From Klebsormidium nitens (taxonomy: Eukaryota > Plantae > Klebsormidiophyceae): 64,000 bases of DNA. Under the pieces are notes generated by a model. It did no database searches, was not told the DNA's origin, and saw only the letters and a program-made list of their open reading frames with translations. The stretch spans positions 124,001 through 188,000 of the forward strand of contig DF236985.1 in assembly GCA_000708835.1 (NCBI GenBank). The letters run 5' to 3'. Positions 22,553 through 34,999 of this stretch are shown piece after piece. How positions within the stretch are numbered: the stretch's first letter is position 1; each line of letters starts with the position of its first letter. Both the position numbers and the translations under genes were made by a program.

Positions 22553-24458
22553 GCATGTAACGCGCCCGGGTGCGCGGCGCGAGCAAAACAGGGCGGCCGC
22601 GGAGAATGTGATGCCGGTATCTCGGGGTTTCGGGGGGTGTCCGCAGCTAGGGCGTCCGATCCATGTAGGTACTAAGCCGCCAAGTATATCATAAGAAATC
22701 TGAGTGGGGATTCAGGGCCTTTTGCCCTGCCTCCCGCGGTCGGATGTCCGAGGGTGCGACATTGCCAAATACGGCCTCCTGATTGGCCCGCTCAACACTC
22801 AATATTCAATCTAGGGTACTTCAGACCTAAAACCTTACTTTAGTGTACGTTGGACCGAAATTTAACACCGCAGTTCCATGGCGTGGCGGCCTAAAATTCA
22901 CTAAGTACCGAAAAGCTGTACGACTGCGAGGACCCGGTGCTGAGCACACCGGTTACGGAGTCCTAGCTGAAGAGGCTGGGTGGAGTAACGCCGGCAGACC
23001 CCGGTTGGTCTTCAAGTAGTGAGTGAGAACAGTTTTCAGGTCGCCGGCTTACCGGTCAAATTTCAAGGCCCTAGTAGTCTGACACATAGTACGCCAATGT
23101 CTGACATACCGTACGCACGTGGTACGGTCTCATCAAGAAAGTTTGACTTGGCGACTTCAGTGTGCGACACGTTGCAAATTTGTCAGGATCACGTACGGCC
23201 GACCGTTCGGTTCAGATTCAAACCTGCGGACCGTAAGACTGACCGGCTCATCGCTTCAGCCCGCCGCAAACAGACAAATTAAATAAAACACCTATTTTAT
23301 CGAACCCGGTACCGGGTCCATATAAAATCGAAGATGACTGTCGCGAAATAAAAGTTAAGCGACGCGGATGACCGGTGTTACCCAGCGGTTAGTACCCACG
23401 CTGGACCTACGGGCAATCAACCTGGTACCGGGTTCCGACCAGCGGTCGGATTCAACTCTGGGCTCCAAACTTCCAAAGTGCTGCGCACATTGGAGTTCTT
23501 ATATATGTCACACATGGTGTATCGAAATCGAGATCGAATAATCATATACACTGACATGTATATATGTAACGCATGTAACGCGTTCGACAAATTGCATCGA
23601 AGCTGTCTCGCGATGGTTCACGACAGGCAAGAACTAGGAATTCGACACGTGTCCACGACATGCCTTTATGGAGTTGAGTCCCGAAAGACTGACGTTCCTG
23701 CCAGGATTCGAACCCTGGACCTCGAGGCTCGAGCCGTCCGACCAAACTCTTTGCCCACTGGGCTAAAAAGAGCGCGTACGTTTTAATGCGGAACCTTCCA
23801 AATATATAAAAAAAGTCTTCNNNNNNNNNNNNNNNNNNNNNNNNNNNNNNNNNNNNNNNNNNNNNNNNNNNNNNNNNNNNNNNNNNNNNNNNNNNNNNNN
23901 NNNNNNNNNNNNNNNNNNNNNNNNNNNNNNNNNNNNNNNNNNNNNNNNNNNNNNNNNNNNNNNNNNNNNNNNNNNNNNNNNNNNNNNNNNNNNNNNNNNN
24001 NNNNNNNNNNNNNNNNNNNNNNNNNNNNNNNNNNNNNNNNNNNNNNNNNNNNNNNNNNNNNNNNNNNNNNNNNNNNNNNNNNNNNNNNNNNNNNNNNNNN
24101 NNNNNNNNNNNNNNNNNNNNNNNNNNNNNNNNNNNNNNNNNNNNNNNNNNNNNNNNNNNNNNNNNNNNNNNNNNNNNNNNNNNNNNNNNNNNNNNNNNNN
24201 NNNNNNNNNNNNNNNNNNNNNNNNNNNNNNNNNNNNNNNNNNNNNNNNGTGTCAAGGAGCTGATCTCTCACTTTTTCGGGACCTCCGACTCCGATCTGAC
24301 GGTCGGAACTTCACCGCCAACAGGAAATCGACGGCAGATTCGGGGTGCGACATTGTGTCCGCACCGGACGGGAGGCAGGGGAAAAGGCCCAGCGCTGGGC
24401 CAACTCAGATTTCTTATTAGTATAGGGATGGCAGGCGGGCGGCCGCGCCCTGTTTTGC
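22553..24458. mobile_element. Composite non-coding repeat element with diverged inverted repeats, spanning an assembly gap (N 23821-24248)
   Basis: Inverted matches: gcaaaacagggcg 22583-22595 with 24446-24458; ataagaaatctgagt 22691-22705 with 24403-24417; gggccttttgccctgcctcccg 22715-22736 with 24369-24390 (one mismatch). No transposase ORF in the visible part. Confidence 0.45.
23694..23773 (-). other. tRNA-derived sequence (degenerate tRNA or SINE head)
   Basis: The minus strand has an A-box-like TAGCCCAGTGG and a perfect B-box GGTTCGAATCC inside a CCAGG...CCTGG T-arm-like stem. The acceptor and anticodon arms do not pair properly, so it is not called a functional tRNA. Confidence 0.55.
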
Positions 24459-25111
24459 AGATCGACCGTACGCCCGGACGGTACCATGCCAGGCTGGAAA
24501 ATTGTTAGTCCGCAATGGCTGGACTTTGGACGGCCAACATGCAGCGTGTGCGGCCATCGGACGGTTTGAATAGAGCACCGTCCGCAAGAAGTCACGCAAC
24601 CGCGGCATTTTATGAAGGGGCTCCGTTTACGGTTTGTTTGCAATCCCCCCTTAAGATCCGGAATGTCCTCGAAGCTGCTCCAGGCGGGGTTGCGCGACCG
24701 GGGCGACGTCGACGCGTGCACACCGTCGATAACGGATGTTGGACTTTAGGAAGCCGTCCGATAAGGGCCAAAAAGTGACCGATCGACCATGCATGATGCA
24801 CAATGCTGAGGCAGTCTGCAGCTTTCAGCAGAAAATTACGACCTGTAAGAAGCGCTGTATTAAAACTGAGTGCTTGTGAGGTCCAGCTGATCAGAAGGAA
24901 GCGAGCAGCGCCTCCTGTGACATTCTGCTTTTACTGTTGGGCGCCCTACGATAGCCCCTGATTCGCATCTATTTCTGAGGGAGCACCAGAGGGGCGCCAC
25001 AGGTTTCCAAGAGCAATCCAGCTGTCTGCGGGTCTCGCATCCAGCTGTTTCCTTCAGCTTATTGCTCAACATCCGCACGCGCGCCGAAGTCTCTAATCAA
25101 TCGCAGCAGCC

Positions 25112-28100
25112 ATGGCGTCTTCAACTCTCCTCCGCCCGCTTGCGCCAATCCCAATTTCGGCCCCAGTGGTTGCTTCAGCAAAAACTCCAGCCGGTCAGGA
25201 GGGGCGATTGTCAGTGGGGATGCCTGCACGCAGCTTCAAGAGCACGGGCGGAGCTGGCCGGAGCCAGTTCTTAGGTGGTGCTGTGCCAATCAAGTCCTTC
25301 CAGAAGAAGGCCGTGAAGGGTGAGCCAATAGTACTGATTGTCTCGCCTCTTGAGCTAGACTTTGTTTACCCCAGTTGAGATGGTGGCTTCTGGAGGTGCC
25401 GTAAGTTTGATGCTGCAACGTTGCCAGAGTCGTTGGAGGTTAGGGGTAGCTGCAACAGGGCCTTCTGCAATCAGTCACTTGCATCAGTTGCGCTCGTTGC
25501 TGGTGAGTAAATGAATTGCGTTGGCTGGCTTCCTTCGTAAGACTCACAGGGTGAGGTTTGGCATTGCGCTCTGGGAAAGGATATTGCTCACATCATCTAG
25601 CTGAGAAGGCCTCAGCCAGTGCCTTTGCCCATCAGCCCCGCAGAGTCTGCGCTTCTTGCTTGAATTATGTGGTCTTGCACGCGCCACTGCTCGCCCTCTT
25701 TTCTTTAACAATGGAGGATACTAGGATACTCTTTTGACATGCCCCCTACTTTGCTTCGTACTTTCCGCATCGGCAAAACGTCGTTTATGGTGGTAGCGTG
25801 CCCATTTTGAGTTCGTTGCGTCATCGATAAGTATCGTTGAGTTACCAGCGCCAGTTTGCGGGACGAACTTTTCAGTGGTGTAGTACTACAGCCACATCTC
25901 TTCATTCCCCTCAGATACTCAATAGTTTGTTGGAGACCTTGTGCGTGAATACTGATGTGTGCGGGCGCGCAGAGCGTACAGTGCTGAGCTGTACAGAAAC
26001 GCATAAAGTTTGCGTTCTCACTAAGACCTATCTGTTGTTTGCTCCACGTCCATTTTGAGAATGTTCCTTCCCAATCCCGTGCAGGCGAGCAAAGGCCTCT
26101 CTCTGTGGAGGCCAACGTGTTCAAGCGCGCCAAGCGCATGGTGCAAAGCTACACCACCGCCGTGAAATCGTCCATCGAGGACCCGGCCAAATTGCTGGAC
26201 GACAGCATGCGCGACCTGGACAGGGAGCGGCAGAAGGTGCGGGAGACGGTCAAGCAGGTGAGCTGATGACGCTTGATGACGTTTGACGGCGCTTGTTGAC
26301 GCTTGATGACAATTCCTCTACCAGGAAAAGCGATCGTTGGCCTCATGTTAAGATTGTGCTTTGTGAAGAGGCTTGTTCTATGTGCAGCCAAAAGAAAGTG
26401 AGGATTGAGCAGCAGCGTCCTCATCCAGCTGGTTTAAATGGTTGCGATCAGTCTCGTTTCTAAGGACTTAAGGAGATTCCTGGTGGCTTTTATTGGCGGT
26501 TTTGACAGACACCTGGAGAATTTTGACGAACACCTGGAGACTCTTGAAAAACAGTATAGTCGAACGGGGTCACAGCTCATACCCTGTGTTGACAGAACAA
26601 GCTTAAGCTTGGAGTGATTCATCGGCCCAGCTGTTGCAGGGAGCAATCCGAGTTTTTTCATCCGGTTATTAGATCGCCTGTTCCCGATTGCGCTGTCCAT
26701 GTTCGCTAAAGAGCAGAGTATGTTTGTGGGCTCAACTCTTCTGATGTCGAAACTGTGCTGGGTTGCAAGCATTTACGTAGCTAGGGCGCTTAAAAGGAAG
26801 CTCTAAACTTTTCTCCTCCTCTGGCAGGTCCAGTTCTCCGTTACTCAGTTGGAGGGCCGCGGGCGGCAGGCCGCACTGCGCGCCCAGGAGTGGCACGACC
26901 GGGCCAAGAGCGCGCTCGAGAAGGGTCACGAAGACCTGGCTAGGGAGGCGCTGAGGAACCAGAAGGAATACGAGGTGCGAACTCCTTTTTCAGATGCTTT
27001 TCATTGCTGAGCCGTCAGGTGGGAAGTCTGGAAGCTCGAAACGTGTGCATTTGTCTCGCTAGTAACGGTTCTATTTGCCAGGGATCGGCAGGAGAGCAAA
27101 ACACTTTATGAGTTTCGGCTTTGAGAGCCAGGTGCCTTTTGCAGACAGCGGCACAGAGGGACGAAGCACATTTGAGCAGTGCTTAGGACATGCTCCTAAC
27201 AGGGTTTTTCCAAGTTCACGGTTTGCTTGTTTGGTGGTACTTCATCTTCGTCTGTGGTTCTTCATCTTTGTTTGTTCCTTTGCATCTTGAGTGAACGTTC
27301 ATTTCACAACTTGGATGGACAATCTTGCAAACGCATCAATGACAAGTCACACCGGTAAGTTTCGTAATCGTATACAGTTCACATTCCAAACGGCCAACAA
27401 TTGATTTGAGTGGCTCAGAAATATAAATACTTCCTGCTTCATCAGGCGAGCGGCGCGTCGCTCCAGGCCCAGTGGAAGCAGCAGACGGCGCTGCTGACCA
27501 AGTTGGAGTCGAGCGCGGGGCTCCTCGAGGAGAAGATCGAGGAGGCGCGCGCCAAGAGGACCGCGCTCGTCGCGCGCGCACAGACCGCGAGCGCCAACCG
27601 GCGCGTCCAGGAAATCCTGGGGGGGATCAGCACCGGCGGGGCAGTGGCCAAGTTTGAAGAGGTAAGCGGCTGCAACGCAAGCTTTGATCTGCGGATAAGT
27701 GGGTCTTGAGGATCCAGTTGTATGGTCTCCGAACGCTTGGCATCGGATGGTGGATTCAAGTTCTTCCGCATTCTCACCGTTCGCGATGCTAGACACGCTG
27801 CAGGGGACGGACACGCTCAAACAGTGGCTTTGAAGCGCGTCAGAGAAGCTCACACTGCTTCGTCCTATGTTCGTCATAGGCGATATCGCTTTCCGTTCAT
27901 TGCTATCGAGCAGTATTGCAGTTCGCAACAGCCCTTGTTGTCTTTCGTTGGAGCCTTTTGACCTGGCATTAATACATCAGCGTCAATAGCTTGGTGATTC
28001 CAGATTGACCAGACGGTTGTATTCGAAGGCAGCCCGTAGCCTCTTTGTTTGATTCGCATTTCCTTAGCCCACTTTCTTGAGTTGTATTCGGAGGCCGCCC

Positions 28101-29049
28101 GTAGCCTCTTTGTCTGATTCGTATATCTTTAGCCCACTTTCTTGCGTTCTTGAGATGGCGATGGTTTTTCGTTCTTGCATCCGAACGAAACATGGATCAT
28201 CGAACCACAGACTTGAGCTCATCTCTTTCTGTTTTGTTGCAGGTGAAGGAAAAGGTCAGCAAGCTTGAAGCCGAAGCGGAGGCCCTGGCAGAGGTTACTG
28301 GGGAGTCGCTGGAAGTACGTTTCCGTAACCTGGAGCGGTCAAACATGGACCGTGAGCTAACCCAGTTGCGGGCGGAGGTTGGTACCACCCCCCGGAGGGA
28401 CGAGGTCGCCGTTAAGGACCGGGTTAGCTTACCCGATTTCCTTAACCTGAAGCGGCAGTCAGACGAAAAGCGGAGCAAGGCTGCGGACGTAGAGGTCATC
28501 GACGCGGACGAACTAGAGCGCCGCTTTAACCAGCCGCCTGTGCTCGCGTCAGCAAAGACCGAGACCGACGTCAGCAGGCGGTCGGAGGAGAAGCCCTGGT
28601 GGGCCGGCCGCGAGGCCGGCCGCGACTGGTGGGGTGACGAGACTCAACCGAGCGACCCTCAGAGCGGCGGCTGGCCCAGCTGGGGTGACGTCAGCGGTGA
28701 CGTCAGCAGGCGACGCGAGGGCGACGTGGTGCCCGCTTTCCCTTGGCAGCGGGTCGCCGCTTTGGCGATGCAGCTGGCGTTTGGTTTTCTAGTATTTGGG
28801 GCTGGTTTGGGGGGCCGCCCGGGGCCCAATACGTACGGCCCAGGCCTGCCCGGGGGAATGGTTCTGGGCGGTCCGTTTATGGGACCGGGGAGGGTTATCG
28901 TGAGGAGAGCGAGTCCGTTTGGCAGTCCGTTTGGGAGTCCGTTTGGCGGAAGTCCGTTCGATCCGCTGGGCCAGCAGGTGCGCCCGTATGGCGGCCGGAT
29001 GATGCCAAGGCGCGGGGGAGTTGTATATAGGCGCATCATCATCAACTGA
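25112..29049 (+). CDS. Plastid-targeted PspA/IM30 (VIPP1-like, ESCRT-III superfamily) protein with a long C-terminal extension, 5 exons, 516 aa
   Basis: Exons 25112-25319, 26085-26257, 26828-26974, 27446-27661 and 28243-29049 join in frame (1551 nt). A Ser/Ala/Pro/Arg-rich transit-peptide-like start is followed by NVFKRAKRMVQSY...SSIEDPAKLLDD, EWHDRAKSALEKGHEDLAREAL, EKIEEARAKRTALVARAQTA, AKFEEVKEKV.KLEAEAEAL and LEVRFRNLE, the PspA/VIPP1 pattern. Confidence 0.88.
28016..28145 (+). repeat. 65-bp tandem duplication in the last intron of the VIPP1-like gene
   Basis: gttgtattcg(a/g)aggc(a/c)gcccgtagcctctttgt(t/c)tgattcg...ttagcccactttcttg starts at 28016 and again at 28081. Confidence 0.85.
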
Positions 29050-30275
29050 TTGCGTGTTAGTAGGCGAGGGGCATACAACTGTCATCAGCTCGGATTGGGG
29101 TGTACATTGACAATAATTAGTACTCTTTTATTACTCTTATTATTGCCCGCATAGCAGTGAATGGCAGCGATAGCAGCTGTCCGTATGAGATACCACGATA
29201 TATAAGGCCCGTAGGGCATCTGTAAAGACATGATACATTGAAAACTGCAGGCAACATACTAGGTTACCGAGCTGAGTTAGTTTATAAACTATAGTCTATA
29301 GACTTCGATGTTTTAACAAGAATTTAGCACTGCGGTTTTAGCGCCTCTTGTTGTATGAAAGTCAGGAATTGAAACAGGCTTAAATTTCCTTGAACGTCCC
29401 GGTTGAATTCTAGTCGGAAGCTGCATATGCACGCAATCGATCGGGCCAGTCGAAATAGCCGTTCATTGCTAGGGCGTTGCACGTCAAAGCATCCATGTTC
29501 ATGAGCTTTGAATTTCGTAATTTGATATTAACAAGTTCGTGCATGCTAGCTTTGTTTCATCTATGCATCTCATCATGAGGAAGGGCCCGCACAACATCTC
29601 GCGCATGTTGTATAGATCCCTGACTATTCTACCCGTGATCGACGCCCTATACCGTACGTCTGCGCAAGCGCAGGCCGCGCCCCATGCGTGGTCGTTGTCG
29701 AACTAGTAATATTCTGAAGGCATGCACGCACGCCGCGCGGGACTCATGTTGCATCATTCCGCGCAGCGCCCGCGCCTAGGTCGCCCATGCAAACTCCTAT
29801 GTGCCCATGGTCGATCATATATCCGTCAGGATGTGCATGCGTATGATCATCACAATCTGCAGCTAGCAACCATGATCGATGCGCCATTTCTAATTGATTT
29901 TATCTCGATATCGCTCACCATGCGCACTTTTGACAACTGTTGCGCAGCTAGGGCGGGGGGGCTCGCCTGGCAGCAGCCGCAGACTACCCCGCAATCCATC
30001 ATTGTTAATCGATATATGAAAATCCTGATCGAACGTGTTCCTGACCACACCAGGACCGTTAGTACAGGAGACGTTGACTTCGAGCTTGGAAGCTTGCCAC
30101 AACAATGATCATCGAGCCAAACGTACTGCAACTGATATATTGACGTGGACATTTTGAACATGCTAAAGAGTGGGTCACAAAATCGATATAAAACCGGAGC
30201 AGAACAACGGAAAGCTGTAAGAAGATAATCAGCAATCATACAACTGTGGCCGGCCTAAATCCCTTCTTGTATGTG

Positions 30276-33200
30276 TTAGTTTGCAGGCGTCCGCATTAGA
30301 TTAAGAGCTCTGTCAAGCGTGCCATTTGCTTTGTGTACCTCATTCGCCGGCCCCATGCGGTCCCAAAGACCAGCATTCGGGTCCGTGACGTCATTCAGCG
30401 CCGGCTTTTCCCCACCTCGTCTCTGGTCCCTGGACTCGACCTTACGCAACCCTCCTTCATCTCTGTGCCTATCTAATTTGTGTGCAGCTTCGCTTTTGCG
30501 AGCTTTGAAGAACTCAATCGCCCTGTCAATCACCTGAACGCAGTGGTGGACTTCGCCGCTGGTGGACACTTGTTCGCTCACGGACGGCCGTTCTCTCGCC
30601 GGTGCATAATCGTTTCGCCTTATACTGCCATTCGCTTGCGCGTGCTTGTACTTGTCAAAACTGGGGACTGAACCCTTTTTCCTACCGCCGTCGGCTGAAG
30701 TGCTGACTGACTCCCTTGCATCTGACGAAGCCCCAAGCTCCGTTTTCTTATCTACGTACCCTTCTAGACGGTCTTGGCCATTTTCGCGTGCTACCCCCGA
30801 CTCACGATTTTCTGTCCGAGAACGAACCCCTACTTGACTCGATAAGAACGCATTCGCACCCGCTGTTTCGTCACTCCGAACCTCAGTCACCGTTCCCCGC
30901 CGGGTATGCTCTTCGACGCGGACCTCGGCTTCTGATACCTCTGCGCTTCTGCCGGACGCATTGCCGTGGTTCGAACTAACCACCATCTCGGACGCCCCCT
31001 CGACCGTCCGGTGAAAGCCTGCTGCACTTCGGCCGTCCGATTTGGGCGCCGCGAGGCCCCCCTTGACCTGCTGCAGAAAGGGGTCCGTCTCCAGGAGGCG
31101 CTGGAAGACCTTGACGAACTTGGTGTCCTTGGCTGACGTCACGTCCTGGACGACCTGCGCAGGCGGAGATGACGTCAGTGTATGCGGTACGAACTAACTC
31201 CTTCAAGAGAACGAAGCAATTGTGAGCCGGTGGCCAAGCAGGATCTTTTCTCCGCAAATTCTGGCCATTACGAAGACTCTTCGAAGTCGGCATAATTGTT
31301 GCAGGGTGCTTCGCTATCAAGAAGTAGGATACTTTGGAAATGTAGTACCTTGCTGCAAACCGCCTGGATGCGAAAACTTCGTCAGCGAAGTCACAATGCA
31401 CGAAACAGGACAGAACCGGATAAATACCGTGCATTGGCGCTCCTACTTTCCGAACGGGCGTGGCCCCTAGAAAGTCGATACTGCCGCACTTTGGTAAGCG
31501 GACATCATGCCGGGGCTCGAAAAGTCGTCTAAATTTCCCCTCGAATCAGCCCTGTCTCTTCACGCAGACTCTCAAGAAATGTTGCAACAGTCAATCGGGA
31601 GAATTGTACTACCACACATAAAGTATGTGCACCCTTTCGCATCGTCTAGGCCGTGTCCCGACATCTCACTTCCTTCGTTCTCCAAACTTTCGTTCTCTAA
31701 TAGCCCAGCAGCCCCAATACCCTTGTACAAACTCTGCGGACGCATATCGGACCGTCCTTACCTTTTCGAACAGCTTGAGTCCGAGCCCCGCCAGCTGGCG
31801 CGAGATGAAGTTTATGACCCACGCGGGCACGAGCGCCAGCTTCAGGTCGATGTCCGCAATCGTCCGAAAGTAGCACTGCGAGGGGGCGATTTGCTGGAAG
31901 ATGTACCCCCCCACGACCTCCATCCGCGTGATGCCCTTGTCCTCGGGGGGAATGGGGGGGCCGTCTTCGGACAGGGGGGAAGGACCGGGGGGCAACTGAT
32001 GGAACAAAACAGGGGCTCAGTCTGGATTGTCCGTGGCTGTGAGTATGTCTTAAAGTGGCTGTGATATGTTCCTCACGCCGCGCAAGCCCCGTTAGGAAAG
32101 CACCTCATCAAGAGGGGTGCGGATCTTGGAAACAAAAAAACCGGTTCCTTCTCCTTTGCAGACTCTACTACCATGTACAAGTTACACGACAAGCCCGAAC
32201 GGGAAAGGCCGATCTGACCGCGCTGTCTTGAGCCTAGAGTATCAAACCGCATCCTTTCGGCGACATTGCGGTGGCACAATGCGGTGCGTATAAGGGGTTT
32301 GAATCCTCGCCGTTTTCATGAGCACTATGAGGACGTCCTGTATCAAATAGTCCACGGCATATGCCTCCAGCACGATCTCACGGGCGGTGAAGGGCCAAGG
32401 CACCTTGAACCTGCATTTACGAACGACTCAACCAGGTGAACTTTTCACCAAAGAACTCCGAAGATGGAGAGACCAATACGCGGGACGCTGGGTATAACAC
32501 TGAAGAAGACATGCAAGGATGCCTTTCTTCTTTGCTTGATAATTGCGCGGTAATGAAAGGGAGCAACGGACGGCCTCAGTTTGAGATTTGTGTATTTACA
32601 TACTTAGACCAATCTGATTCAAACAAGAACGACGCGAACAAAGACTATAATGGGCTCCCTCTGACAGAAAGCCCTGTAAACATTGGCATCTCGAGACGGC
32701 ACAAAACAGTAACAAATGGGACGAGCGCTGTAAACTTGAAACTCACCTGACAGACGCAATAACCTGTCCTGGCTTTGGCTGCTCGAGCCACTTCGACTCG
32801 GAGATTTTGAACGTCGGGACTGTGAACTGCAAGCAAAGTGCAATATGGTTCGTGTTTGCGTCATTATGTCTGTTGCTTGAATACTTCGGGCTCATAATGT
32901 GCGGTTTGCCGCTCTTGTGAAAGTTGAGATACATGGAGGCACGAGGTCGAACGAAAACGTGAACCGTCTTGATGGTCGCTGCGTACAAGACAAGCTGGGT
33001 GTCAATGTCAAAAGAGGTCGTAAGCTTAACATAATTTCGTCTGTTGAGCAGGCTTCTACGTCGACTCTCTGGGCCGAACGTAGTGACACCAAATCTTCCT
33101 CTCAAGTTCCATTCTAGAATGTTGTGTGGAAGACAACCGTTATGTAAGGGAAGAACTCAAGAGGACGGCCACTGAAGCATTCGTATCTCAGTCTTCCAAT

Positions 33201-34393
33201 TGAAGAAGGACTGTCAACCAGTTTATGCAACGCACCTGCGGCCACCAGTCCTTAAAGTAGGGGGCCTCCCAAGCAACACACAGCGCTGCAGTTGACAGTC
33301 AAGTAAAGTATCAGTACACACCTTAGGGAACCACTCCCTGTAGTAAGGCACACCATACGCCACTGACAGGGCTGCAAAGCAAGCAGGAGTTGCATTTGAG
33401 GGCTGGGCTTCTCAAACTCAACTGTCAAGAAGAGGCGCGAAGGCAGGGTGCATGTATCATGTCTTGGCGGATGAAGCAATCAATCAATTGTCAGAAACCG
33501 CATGTGCCGAGCATATTGCGCAGTTTTATTTTTGCTGATCTCATTGGGACGCATAAGTCCAGTCAAAGCCAGTTTCTTTGAGAACATGCATGTACTGAAC
33601 TCTATCAAGGTTGGCCCGAGGGACTAAAACACTCTAATTGCTCTGTGCAAGCGCACTCATAAAGGATGGAACAGCATTCCTAATTGTACCTGTCGCAAGT
33701 GGCCCGTTGATCATGCCCTCGAGACACAGGGTGTGTAGCGGAGTCCCCTCCGGACCCTTCCGATACAGCACACGCATGTTGCCAGTATCCTCCTTGACCT
33801 GCAAAAGTGGATCCCCATTTGAGCAGTCCTTTGACCATTCAGCACTTGGTTTTTCTGCACAACCACTCTGGAAAATTGAAGTCAATATGGCTGCAGAGGC
33901 GTCCAAAGAGGGGGGCGAGGACTCTTTTAAATGTTCAACATTCCGGAGTGAACTCCGTGAACCCCCATATCGTTCGTACACACCTGACCATTTCAGATTG
34001 GCATACAGCTGGACTTGCAAACGAAATGCACGATTGGTTGCTCGTCAGGATGAGAACTGTTGAAGCAGCCGGGCGTGTTGCCTTAAGAAGCTGCAAGGAC
34101 TTCTTTGAGGAAAAGTCAGGTTCTTGCTCCCTCACTTTCCAACCCCTCCCATCAATGTCGTCCACCACTGCGCTCTCTTTTGCCAGCTCGCCGCTCACGC
34201 CCCGCAGCTCCGAGAGGAACCTCCATACCTCCTCAAAGCGGCTGTTCAAGACCCCCCCATCGGACCCCAATTGCTCCCCATCTGGTGAATGTAGAAAGGC
34301 CTTGTTGACCAGCCGGCGCACACTGTCCTTACTGCACAGGTCGGCGGAGGACAGGGCCTCCTCAAGCCGAGCTCTTGCAGATGTCCTGTCCAT
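30276..34393 (-). CDS. START-like (SRPBCC superfamily) lipid-binding domain protein, 7 exons, 569 aa
   Basis: Exons 34136-34393, 33690-33798, 33236-33285, 32747-32826, 32311-32410, 31762-31995 and 30276-31154 join in frame (1710 nt). Motifs GWKVKEDTGNMRVLYRKGPEGTPLHTL.LEGMINGP, LCVAWEAPYFKDWWPQFTVPTF, FKVPWPFTARE and DIDLKLALVPAWVINFISRQLAG are typical of the plant START-like family. The C-terminus is low-complexity. Confidence 0.8.
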
Positions 34394-34604
34394 GTCTGCC
34401 TACGGGAATGCGCACATTTTACTTTCTGTTGTGCGCCTCGGCCAATCCGCTGAGGGTTGAGCAGTCAACAATCCGTGGCTCAAGCAGAGCTGCAACCATG
34501 CAGTTGCTTTTGCGGGGCCCAAAGGGATCGCAGCCAAGGGCAGCGAAGCACAAGCAAAGAGAATGCCAATGCCAGGCGTCTGCTTCACGAGCTTCAGGAG
34601 GCAC

Positions 34605-34637
34605 AAACCCTAAACCCTACTAGTCGAGAACCCTAAA
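34605..34637. promoter_or_regulatory. Telo-box-like motifs between the divergent START-like and agmatinase genes
   Basis: aaaccctaaaccctac at 34605-34620 and a further aaccctaaa just downstream, lying between the two start codons (34393 on - and 35000 on +). Confidence 0.35.
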
Positions 34638-34999
34638 TCACAAGTGGCAAACCTTCCAAAAGTTTGGTTGCTTTTTCAGAATTTTCTGTTTTGCACACAG
34701 AGATGGCTGCACATTCACAACTCTGGCAACTCCAAAGGTGTAAACAGCTCGTTGAAAAGCTGTAGAGGGTGCAGCTAGAGGCGCAAGACCGCTCACCTGT
34801 TTAGTAAGCTTGAAACGAGGTTAGTAACATTGCAGGTAAACAGCATTGCTTTCAGCGGCATGGGCTTTGTCTACGTATCCTTTTCTTCATACAGATATGG
34901 CGGTCCAAAACGTTGACAATTGATAAAACTCTGTTGCCTCGATCCATGCTTGAGCTGATCTCCTACTTGGGTCAACTTTGCTCCAAACCTGGTGTTGCT

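Noticed and set aside
23542-24271. 237-aa and 162-aa ORFs
   Set aside because: Artefacts of reading through the N gap.
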